Positions 17,577-24,698 of a stretch of 32,000 nt of DNA are shown here, piece by piece. Positions within the stretch are counted from its first letter, which is position 1, and each line of letters opens with the position of its first letter. Under the pieces are notes generated by a model. The model was not told the origin of the DNA. It worked only from the letters and a program-made list of their open reading frames with translations, and did not search any database. The position numbers and the translations under genes were made by a program. This DNA comes from Candidatus Saccharimonadota bacterium (GTDB taxonomy: Bacteria; Patescibacteriota; Gracilibacteria; UBA1369; 2-02-FULL-48-14): assembly GCA_016699145.1 (NCBI GenBank), contig CP064962.1, positions 30,001-62,000 of the forward strand, read 5' to 3'.

Positions 17577-18573
17577 TCAAAACCGCCAAATAACAAAGAT
17601 AAATAAAGATCATGACACCTCCTTGCCATCGTTCTATAACGTGTTTTTTTCCAACAAACATGATCAAGAACAAAACCAAACTGGCAGATATGGCCACCAA
17701 AATATCAAAATTAGAACTGTCACTGAAGGGCAAAGGACGAATGAGCGCACTACAACCCAGAATCCAAAATATATTAAAAATATTAGATCCAACGACATTC
17801 CCAATAGCAATATCAGTTTGTTTTTTATAGGCCGCAACTGCTGAAGTAGCTAATTCTGGCAACGAGGTTCCAATCGCTACAATCGTTAAACCAATGACAG
17901 ATTGACTGATGTTGAATGCTTCAGCCATTTTCACCGCTCCATCCACAATCCACTTGCCTCCAACTAAAAGGCCCAAGAGGCCCATAAGAATATATAGCGA
18001 AGATTTTAATATGCTGAGTTTCTTGATATCCGTCTCACTGCTGACTGGGCCCGTCACCTTTGATATCCCAAAGGTGTAATACAAAAAAATAATAAAAAAT
18101 GCGATGAACACGAGGCCATCAATCCGCGTCAGTCCCGAGTTAAGATCCCCGTCAATCCATGCATCGTTTGCGAGTATGCCTAATAAAATAGCGGCCAATA
18201 AACTGAGGGGAATTTCTTTCCAAACCGTATTCTCTTTAGTCGCCAGTGGATAGATTACAGCAGCAATCCCTAGTATAAGGAATATATTTGCAATGTTACT
18301 CCCAAGTACGTTTCCAATAGCGATTTCTGTATTTCCTTGCGCACTCGCTAGGATATTCACAATCAACTCCGGTGCAGAAGTTCCGAATGCTACAATAGTC
18401 AAACCAATCACCAAGCTTGAAATATTGAATTTCCGAGCTACTGAAGAAGCTCCATCTACCAAAAGATCCGCCCCCTTAATCAGTAAAGGGAACCCAAGAA
18501 TGAACAGAATGGCTGAAACCATAGAGAAAGGAAAATTTTTTGAGAGCATGCATGAAAACCTTTTAACCATCAA
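17554..18573 (-). CDS. Ca2+:cation antiporter (CaCA family, YrbG-like)
   Basis: Two alpha-repeat signatures (GTSAPELIVN...GNVLGSNIANI and GTSLPELATS...GNVVGSNIFNI) in a protein of about 10 TM helices. The 3' end overlaps the convergent oxidoreductase by 23 nt. Confidence 0.85.
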   Translation of the reverse strand: MMVKRFSCMLSKNFPFSMVSAILFILGFPLLIKGADLLVDGASSVARKFNISSLVIGLTIVAFGTSAPELIVNILASAQGNTEIAIGNVLGSNIANIFLILGIAAVIYPLATKENTVWKEIPLSLLAAILLGILANDAWIDGDLNSGLTRIDGLVFIAFFIIFLYYTFGISKVTGPVSSETDIKKLSILKSSLYILMGLLGLLVGGKWIVDGAVKMAEAFNISQSVIGLTIVAIGTSLPELATSAVAAYKKQTDIAIGNVVGSNIFNIFWILGCSALIRPLPFSDSSNFDILVAISASLVLFLIMFVGKKHVIERWQGGVMIFIYLCYLAVLITGKAPF

Positions 18574-18598
18574 GTTTATTTTTCATACTTCATGAGAA

Positions 18599-18618
18599 TT
18601 GGCACTCGGGAGTGACCC
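18599..18618 (+). repeat. degenerate core copy of the mosaic repeat
   Basis: TTGGCACTCGGGAGTGACCC against TGGCCACTCGGGTCTAGTACCC. It lies exactly at the truncation point of the IS30 relic. Confidence 0.5.
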
Positions 18619-18623
18619 AATAA

Positions 18624-18878
18624 ACTGTTAAAACCTACTTCTGCCGTCCGTACCACTCTTGGGAGAAAGGTACGATTGAAAACACCAACGGAAGAATCCG
18701 TAGGTTCATTCCCAAGGGAGCCGATCTGTCCAAGTATTCAGCTGCAGACGTACAAATCGTTGAGGACTGGTTAAACCACACCCCACGAAAATGCTTGAAC
18801 TACCAAACCCCCTATAAAATCATGCAAAAGAACCTGCGCTTTATTTCAACTCATCCAAGTGGTGCATTTGAGGGGTAA
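18624..18878 (+). pseudogene. IS30-family transposase C-terminal remnant (absent from the ORF track because it has no start codon)
   Basis: Manual translation gives ..YFCRPYHSWEKGTIENTNGRIRRFIPKGADLSKYSAADVQIVEDWLNHTPRKCLNYQTPYKIM..*. This is the IS30 catalytic-E region and C-terminus. The frame is closed by a TAA at 18621, and the N-terminal ~250 aa are absent. Confidence 0.8.
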
Positions 18879-18993
18879 ATGCAGGAAAGACATCATTTGG
18901 GTGTTAAGACATATTTTTTTTACATTGCAATACAAGGCGCTTGAGCTGCCTCCAGCTTCTTCTTAGAATCCGGTTTGCCTCTCACTTATATTC

Positions 18994-19455
18994 ATGAAAA
19001 AATACCTCGTCAAAAATTACATGCGGGACAAAGTTGTTACTTTGAATCCTACGGATACTGTTAAACACGCCGTTGAAGTGATGCTGAATCATAAGACGAA
19101 TGGGTTGGTGGTCATCGATGATAGCCGTCATGTATTAGGAATCCTTTCCAGTTGGGATGTCATTGCTTATTTAGTTCCAGATTATTTGGAGAACGATAAA
19201 CATCTTGCTTCTTTTGAAGCAGGGGATGTTTTTGAGGAGCGTGTAAAAGAGATCCAAAATGATTCGGTTTCTAAGTTTATGTCCAGTCATGTTCATACCA
19301 CTCGTCCGGAACATTCTCTCATAGAAGCAGCCACTCTTCTTTCGGAATTCCAAATTAGGCAATTGCCGGTTGTCGATGAGAATGGAATTCTTGTGGGATA
19401 TTTGAATCGTACGGATATCAAGAAGGCTATCGGAGACGTGCTTCACCTTTCTTAA
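18994..19455 (+). CDS. CBS-domain pair protein
   Basis: Two CBS repeats (M...VVTL.P.DTV..A...M..H...GL.V.D......G.LS..D and ..TT.PE.SL.EAA.LL.....RQLPVVDENG.LVGYL.R.D). Confidence 0.85.
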   Translation: MKKYLVKNYMRDKVVTLNPTDTVKHAVEVMLNHKTNGLVVIDDSRHVLGILSSWDVIAYLVPDYLENDKHLASFEAGDVFEERVKEIQNDSVSKFMSSHVHTTRPEHSLIEAATLLSEFQIRQLPVVDENGILVGYLNRTDIKKAIGDVLHLS

Positions 19456-19478
19456 CATTCTCTAACATCCATTTTGCT

Positions 19479-20762
19479 ATGACATTGGATTTTACTCTGA
19501 TTGCGGCTTTGATAATCTTTGTGGCTACCTATGGCCTGATTATTTCTGAAAAAATTCACCGCACTGTTTTGGCTCTTTTTGGGGCCGTGCTCATGATTTT
19601 ATTGGGTATTATCAATCAAGAATTGGCTCTTGAATCAGTAGATTTTAACACCTTGGGTCTGCTTATAGGAATGATGGTGATTGTGGGAATCGCGAAGGAT
19701 TCAGGCATGTTTCAGTTTGTAGCCCTGTGGGCGGCTCGTTTAGCAAAAGGGAAGCCCATTTCCATTTTTCTTTTACTCGGTTTTATTACAGCACTTTTTT
19801 CGGCATTCTTGGATAACGTGACTACCGTTCTTTTGATGGTTCCTGTGACTTTTGTGGTTTGTAATAACCTAAAAGTCAATCCTATGCCTTTTTTAATTGG
19901 GACTATCCTCCTCTCGAACATTGGAGGAACTGCCACGCTTATTGGAGATCCGCCCAATATTTTAATCGGAAGTGCTGCTCAGATTCCCTTCAATGATTTT
20001 TTGATTCATCTTGGACCAGTGATTTTAATCGTAACCTTTGTTACTTTAGCCATGCTTTATGGAATTTATAGGAAAGAACTAGTTGCTACTAAAGAAGCTC
20101 AGCTGTCTATTCTGAGTTTTAATCCTAAAGACGCGATTTCTGACTATCCTCTTCTTTACAGGTCTCTTTTTGTACTGGCCTTAGTTCTGATTGGTTTTTT
20201 CACGCACTCCATGACGCACTTTGAGGGAGCTACAATCGCATTGGGAGGAGCAGCTTTATTATTGCTACTCACCTTGAATGATCCTGAACATCATTTAAGA
20301 GATGTGGAGTGGACCACCATTTTCTTCTTTTTGGGATTGTTTATTCTGGTAGGGGGTTTAGAGAAGGTTGGTGTCATCCATTTTTTGGCAGAAAAGTTAG
20401 TGGAGGTGACGGATGGACAGCAGGTTCCTCTCACCCTTTCTGTGCTGTGGGGTTCTGCTTTCTTTTCTGCCGCTATCGATAATATTCCCTTTGTAGCCAC
20501 AATGATCCCATTGATTCAAAGTATTGGGGAATTTTCTCCCGGAGTGGACGTGATGCCTCTTTGGTGGGCCCTTGCTTTAGGGGCGGATATTGGCGGAAAT
20601 GCAACTCTGGTGGGAGCTTCTGCGAATGTGGTGGTGAGTGGGCTTGCTGGTAAACATGGTCATCGCATTGGTTTCTTTCAGTATATGAAAATCGCCGTTC
20701 CTTTAACCCTGGTTGCGTTGCTTATTTGTACGGTTTATATTTATCTTCGTTATTTGATGTAA
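19479..20762 (+). CDS. ArsB/NhaD-superfamily permease
   Basis: 427-aa polytopic protein. SAFLDNVTTVLLMVP....N.GG.ATLIGDPPN and ..SA.IDNIPF......GA..GGN.TL.GASAN are typical of the ArsB/NhaD (P-protein-like) family. Confidence 0.8.
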   Translation: MTLDFTLIAALIIFVATYGLIISEKIHRTVLALFGAVLMILLGIINQELALESVDFNTLGLLIGMMVIVGIAKDSGMFQFVALWAARLAKGKPISIFLLLGFITALFSAFLDNVTTVLLMVPVTFVVCNNLKVNPMPFLIGTILLSNIGGTATLIGDPPNILIGSAAQIPFNDFLIHLGPVILIVTFVTLAMLYGIYRKELVATKEAQLSILSFNPKDAISDYPLLYRSLFVLALVLIGFFTHSMTHFEGATIALGGAALLLLLTLNDPEHHLRDVEWTTIFFFLGLFILVGGLEKVGVIHFLAEKLVEVTDGQQVPLTLSVLWGSAFFSAAIDNIPFVATMIPLIQSIGEFSPGVDVMPLWWALALGADIGGNATLVGASANVVVSGLAGKHGHRIGFFQYMKIAVPLTLVALLICTVYIYLRYLM

Positions 20763-20844
20763 GCTTTTCTTTTGCAGATTTCTCCTAATGCCACTGCGCC
20801 TCAGGGGAACGGGAATTGAACCCTTTGCTGGACTTCCAAGGAAA

Positions 20845-20872
20845 GATCATCCTTAAACAGGGGTGATCTTTT
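20845..20872 (+). terminator. candidate intrinsic terminator downstream of the permease
   Basis: GATCATCC (20845-52) pairs with GGGTGATC (20861-68), including one G.T pair. The loop is 8 nt and TTTT follows. Confidence 0.5.
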
Positions 20873-20905
20873 ACTTCGTACAACGAAAATTCGAGTATCT
20901 ATCGC

Positions 20906-20967
20906 CATAGCTACTCGGGTCATAGGCTTTCAAACTGCCCGTAATGGCTGGCCACTCGGGTCTAGTA
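20906..20967 (+). repeat. mosaic repeat family, copy G (partial core plus extended L module plus core)
   Basis: CATAGCTACTCGGGTCAT then AGGCTTTCAAACTGCCCGTAATGGCTGGCCACTCGGGTCTAGTA. The extended L module aligns with 23506-23544 and 24783-24825. Confidence 0.8.
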
Positions 20968-21513
20968 TCCAAGCAAATGGGTGACAAGAATTTTTATCCC
21001 TAGAAAGATCAAGATGATTCCTCCAAGCTTTTCTGCATAAGAGGAAAGCGTTTTTTGGAATACTCGACTCAAACAAAGTCCTAAGAAAGACATCAAAAGC
21101 GTGACCACACCAATCATCAAAATACTACTCATAAAGTCGAGGTCAAGAGCATGAAATCCAACTCCTACAACCAAGGCATCAATGCTGGTTGCTAAGGCCA
21201 ATACTCCGATTGTTCCAAAAGAGAGAGGCCCTGACTTTTCTTCAATTTCATGCTCTTTTTTAAGATCAAATATCATATTTACTCCCAAGCCGCTTAGAAC
21301 AAAAAAGGCAATCCAATGGTCCACAGGCGCAATCCATCCTTCAAAGGGCATTCCCAGAAGATAGCCAAAGGCAGGCATCACCATTTGAAAAACAGCAAAA
21401 CTGATCGCAGCAAAAAAAAGCTTTGGGAAGGATCTATATTTGGAGCTTAAAGCTATTGAAGCAGCACAAGCATCCATGCTGAGGCCAAGGGCAGTGAGGA
21501 AAACAACATTCAT
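20962..21513 (-). CDS. mntP: manganese efflux pump MntP (DUF204 family)
   Basis: MNVVFLTALGLSMDACAASIALS... and a second half with ...ALATSIDALVVG... give the two-repeat MntP architecture. The stop codon is the TAG of the repeat core. Confidence 0.85.
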   Translation of the reverse strand: MNVVFLTALGLSMDACAASIALSSKYRSFPKLFFAAISFAVFQMVMPAFGYLLGMPFEGWIAPVDHWIAFFVLSGLGVNMIFDLKKEHEIEEKSGPLSFGTIGVLALATSIDALVVGVGFHALDLDFMSSILMIGVVTLLMSFLGLCLSRVFQKTLSSYAEKLGGIILIFLGIKILVTHLLGY

Positions 21514-21537
21514 AATGGAATTAAACCTAAATAAAAA

Positions 21538-21683
21538 ACTCGGGTCTAGTAATAGGAGCTATTCCCAGAGACTCCATAAGGAGTAAACCCAGCAAAGTTC
21601 TCCGCATGCACACCCAAGCTGGCATTGCGGGGAGACACAATTGTGGCACTTCGGGCTAAATGGGACGTTTGTCTCGTACAAGG
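21538..21683 (+). repeat. mosaic repeat family, copy C (core plus type-2 middle (M2) plus variant R module)
   Basis: ACTCGGGTCTAGTA, then ATAGGAGCTATTCCCAGAGAC, then M2 (TCCATAAGGAGTAAACCCAGCAAAGTTCTCCGCATGCACACCCAAGCTGGCATTGCGG), then GGAGACACAATTGTGGCACTTCGGGCTAAATGGGACGTTTGTCTCGTACAAGG. Confidence 0.8.
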
Positions 21684-21772
21684 ACTTGCTAATGCTCCTT
21701 CACATCTATTCCATCCAAAGAGAATGTCCTGCTAGAATGCCAACGTTTTTTCTCAAACCCATCCCACGAAAA

Positions 21773-23521
21773 ATGATGGCATTTCTAAACTCAGATAAAC
21801 TTGCCCCCGCTCTAGTTATTCTTGGGTACTTTTTAGTCATAGGTCTCATAGGTGCCTACAGTCACCGCTTTTTAAAAAAAACCGCGGAAGATTATTTTTT
21901 GGGAGGAAGGGCCACCAAAACTTTGGTACTGCTCTTCACCATGGCGGCCACTAATTTTAGCGCCGTCACCATTTATGGATTTTCTGGAACGGCCTACCGC
22001 CAAGGTTATAGTTTTTTCCCCATCATGGCCTTTGGAACGGGTTTCATGGCACTCACCTTTTATTTTATCGGTAGACGCGTATGGGAACTGGGAAAAGAAA
22101 AAGGCTACATGACCCCCCCTCAGCTCATGGGAGATGAGATGAAGAGCCCTTGGCTCCGCCGTTTAGTTTTTTTGGTGATGCTTGTGTTCTCTCTCCCCTA
22201 TATCGCTATTCAGCCCATCGCCGGAGGGTACACCCTAGAAGCGCTCTTGGGCATTCCCTATTTTTTGGGAGCAAGCTTAGTAACGGGTATGATTCTTCTT
22301 TATACATTTTGGGGAGGATATCGCTCCGTTGCGTGGACCGATGTGGCACAAGGCATAATTATGCTCACGGTTATGCTGCTTACCGTGTGGGGCATCGCGG
22401 AAGCAGAGGGGGGGGTTGTGGCAGCCAACACAGCGGTATTTGAAAAAATGCCGGAGCTTTTTTCCCGTCCCGGTGCCGGTGAAGTTTATACTCCGGCGCT
22501 ATGGTTCAGTTACATGATTCTTTGGTTTTTTTGTGACCCTCTATTCCCACAACTGTTCCAACGATTCTTTGTGGCTAAAGAAAAAAAAGCTTTGAACCGA
22601 ACGATGATTTGGTACCCCCTCGTGACTGGCGTTTTCTTTTTACTACCCATGGTGATAGGAGTTTTAGGTCACTTGAGCATCCCCGGCCTAGAGGGCAAAG
22701 AAGCCGATAGAATTTTCCCGATGCTCGCAGAGCTGCATTTTTCTCCGGTCACTGCGGCCTTTATTGTAACAGCAGGTCTCGCAGCACTCATGTCCACTAT
22801 GGATTCACAAATGCTCACCCTCAGCTCCATGTTCACTAAAGATGTTTATGAACCACTCACCGGTCGGCCAGTGAAGGGCAATGGTGTGGGTCGAGCTTTT
22901 AGTGTGCTTTTAGCTGGCCTGGGTTTGCTCATTGCCTACTTCAACCCGAGCTCAATCCTGCAGATAACAACAGAAACCTTCACAGGGCTTGCAGTTCTCT
23001 TCCCAGCCTTAGTGGCCATTTTATATTGGCCACGTACCCATGCTGGGGCTGCTTGCACTTCGATATTGATGGGAGAACTCTTGGTTATTTTGTACCATTT
23101 CAAACTCTTACCAACGGGCGGCTTTTTATCAGTTATTCCCATCTTAGGATGCACCACAGTGATTTTGGTCTTGGGAAGTTACCTTGGGAAGGCAAAACCT
23201 CGTACCCTACCCAAAGTGCCTAAGTCCACTTGGATTTGGGGCATGCTTTTTTACAGGGATTTTTGCTTTATCCTTAGATTTTTGGAATTGGAGTCAGACT
23301 CCTACTTTATGGGGGGGCTTGCCTCTATGGGTGTGGGCTACTTTAGCCTTAAATGGGATCACCGCATTGGCTTTTTGGGTCTTGAGTTCAAGGAAGCAAA
23401 TCAAAGAAAACTAACACCTTTTCTCAGGATTGAAAGTATCTTTATAGGATACTCGTTGACTTTTGGAAAGTTTAAAAATTCCCACATGGATCGTTCAATG
23501 GGAAATACAAACTGCACGTGA
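21773..23521 (+). CDS. sodium:solute symporter (SSS) family transporter with an aberrant 3' end (probable frameshift at 23247-23252)
   Basis: The ATG at 21773 (MMAFLNSDKLAPALVILGYFLVIGLIGAYSHRFLKKTAEDYFLGGR) gives a typical SSS N-terminus. After about aa 492 the sequence stops looking like a membrane protein and runs into the repeat L module. The track start at 21641 lies inside repeat copy C. Confidence 0.75.
   Translation: MMAFLNSDKLAPALVILGYFLVIGLIGAYSHRFLKKTAEDYFLGGRATKTLVLLFTMAATNFSAVTIYGFSGTAYRQGYSFFPIMAFGTGFMALTFYFIGRRVWELGKEKGYMTPPQLMGDEMKSPWLRRLVFLVMLVFSLPYIAIQPIAGGYTLEALLGIPYFLGASLVTGMILLYTFWGGYRSVAWTDVAQGIIMLTVMLLTVWGIAEAEGGVVAANTAVFEKMPELFSRPGAGEVYTPALWFSYMILWFFCDPLFPQLFQRFFVAKEKKALNRTMIWYPLVTGVFFLLPMVIGVLGHLSIPGLEGKEADRIFPMLAELHFSPVTAAFIVTAGLAALMSTMDSQMLTLSSMFTKDVYEPLTGRPVKGNGVGRAFSVLLAGLGLLIAYFNPSSILQITTETFTGLAVLFPALVAILYWPRTHAGAACTSILMGELLVILYHFKLLPTGGFLSVIPILGCTTVILVLGSYLGKAKPRTLPKVPKSTWIWGMLFYRDFCFILRFLELESDSYFMGGLASMGVGYFSLKWDHRIGFLGLEFKEANQRKLTPFLRIESIFIGYSLTFGKFKNSHMDRSMGNTNCT
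23184..23414 (+). CDS. two-helix hydrophobic segment in the +1 frame, probably the true C-terminus of the SSS transporter
   Basis: ..FTGIFALSLDFWNWSQTPTLWGGLPLWVWATLALNGITALAFWVLSSRKQIKEN* is membrane-like. It joins smoothly to ...STWIWGMLF if one T is removed from the T6 run. Confidence 0.4.
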   Translation: MGRQNLVPYPKCLSPLGFGACFFTGIFALSLDFWNWSQTPTLWGGLPLWVWATLALNGITALAFWVLSSRKQIKEN

Positions 23522-23636
23522 TGGCTGGCCACTCGGGTCTAGTACCCTTTTGACCTGTCTCATTGTAGTGTCTCTTGCCGTGAGACACAACTATGGCGTT
23601 TCAGGATAAATGAGACACTTGAGACAGTATAAAAAA
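23506..23636 (+). repeat. mosaic repeat family, copy D (complete type-1 unit)
   Basis: ACAAACTGCACGTGATGGCTGGCCACTCGGGTCTAGTACCCTTTTGACCTGTCTCATTGTAGTGTCTCTTGCCGTGAGACACAACTATGGCGTTTCAGGATAAATGAGACACTTGAGACAGTATAAAAAAG. Confidence 0.85.
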
Positions 23637-23637
23637 G

Positions 23638-24303
23638 CTAGGAAGAACGAGCCGCCCACCGAACTTTGGTAGGTCTAAATCCTTGTCGCTCATAAAAATG
23701 CAGAGCAGACTCGTTCCCCACAGCAGCGCTGGTCCAAAATCGCCCCACTTGCCGTTCAGCAGCCCAGGTTTCAGCAGACTTCAAAAGACTTTTTCCATAG
23801 CCCTTGCCGCGAACTTTTTCGAGCACCATGAGTTCCAAAAGATAAGCCGAGCCATCGTCCTCCAGTTCCACCACGCTGAACCCCAGCAACTCTCCAGCCT
23901 CAAACACCCCATAAGCCGCCGCCGTCCCGTCTTGAAGTTTTTCATCGATCTCTACAAGGTAAGCATCGATTTCAAAAACCGCCGGATCAGCAAAATACTC
24001 AGTATCCAATTGATAGTGAAAAGCTTGCTGTTCAAAAAGCAAATCTTTGAACTGACGAACATCAGACAAAGGAACTATCTCCGGACTGACAACATGGACT
24101 TGAGGAATTTTCTCAATAAAAAGAAGCCGCTTTCGAAAGCCAGCGGGAGCTTCCACCTCTAGCGGTAAGTCGATTTGAATCCATTGTTTGGAAGCTGCAG
24201 GGACAGTAAAATCCGACCCAATTTTTTGTGACAAATCCAAGTACAAATAATCCGAAAAACTCAGATCGGTGACGAAGATGTGAACAGTCTCAAAAGGATG
24301 CAT
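23638..24303 (-). CDS. GNAT-family N-acetyltransferase with an N-terminal domain of unknown function
   Basis: The C-terminal half ...LLELMVLEKVRGKGYGKSLLKSAETWAAE......ESALHFYERQGF contains the GNAT acetyl-CoA motif A (R/Q-x-x-G-x-G/A). Confidence 0.8.
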   Translation of the reverse strand: MHPFETVHIFVTDLSFSDYLYLDLSQKIGSDFTVPAASKQWIQIDLPLEVEAPAGFRKRLLFIEKIPQVHVVSPEIVPLSDVRQFKDLLFEQQAFHYQLDTEYFADPAVFEIDAYLVEIDEKLQDGTAAAYGVFEAGELLGFSVVELEDDGSAYLLELMVLEKVRGKGYGKSLLKSAETWAAERQVGRFWTSAAVGNESALHFYERQGFRPTKVRWAARSS

Positions 24304-24406
24304 GCATCCACTTTATTCTTTTAGCAAAGAGTGGTAAACTCCTAACCTGTTAATAACAGACTATGCCAGAAAGACCAAATAGATATGATCGCCACATGAA
24401 TAAAAA

Positions 24407-24619
24407 AGCTTTGGCAGCAAAAAAAACTTCTCCAGGTAGGCCTTCTTCCTGCAAAACACTTCTGAATTCACCAATATTCTCTGCAATTTGCTCAGGGAAA
24501 ACCACATGAAACGGTGTCCCAATAGATCGGGCAAGAGTGGCAAGAGTGGCGCGTTCATTGAGAAGATCAGAAACATTCCTTGATTGCAGTGCTGGGAAAC
24601 GGCCTGGAGAATCACTCAT
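24407..24619 (-). pseudogene. N-terminal fragment (~71 aa) of a type III PLP-dependent (Orn/DAP/Arg-type) decarboxylase
   Basis: ...LARSIGTPFHVVFPEQIAENIGEFRSVL.....GEVFFAAKA matches the family N-terminus (GTP.yV.....i..n...f........yA.KAN). It breaks off before the PLP-lysine context is complete. The remaining track ORF down to 24350 is read-through junk. Confidence 0.6.
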
Positions 24620-24698
24620 ACCAGTTTGATCAAAATGGGGATTATTTTATGTTTTCTTTACAGATAAAACAAGAGGTTATTTCAGTTCGAAGAACAGA

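Noticed and set aside
17527-18595. Plus-strand ORFs 17527..17844, 17612..17830 and 18293..18595
   Set aside because: They are antisense shadows inside the well-supported Ca2+ antiporter gene, and their sequences look non-protein-like.
20790-20840. tRNA-like T-arm (minus strand AAGGGTTCAATTCCCGT followed by TCCCCTGA), considered as a tRNA gene or att-site fragment
   Set aside because: No anticodon stem can be formed around the CTTGGAA or TTGGAAG loops. There is no matching 5' acceptor strand within 90 nt. The T stem has a mismatch and no CCA follows. At best it is a very decayed fragment.
21552-21700. Minus-strand reading frame through M2 and the R module (..SPRNASLGVHAENFAGFTPYGVSGNSSYY*) as a conserved small gene or transposase C-terminus
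   Set aside because: The second copy (24699-24780) differs by a 2-nt indel that changes the frame upstream of FAGFTPY. The equivalent frame in copies D, E2 and A contains stops (..HLA*). There is no start codon.
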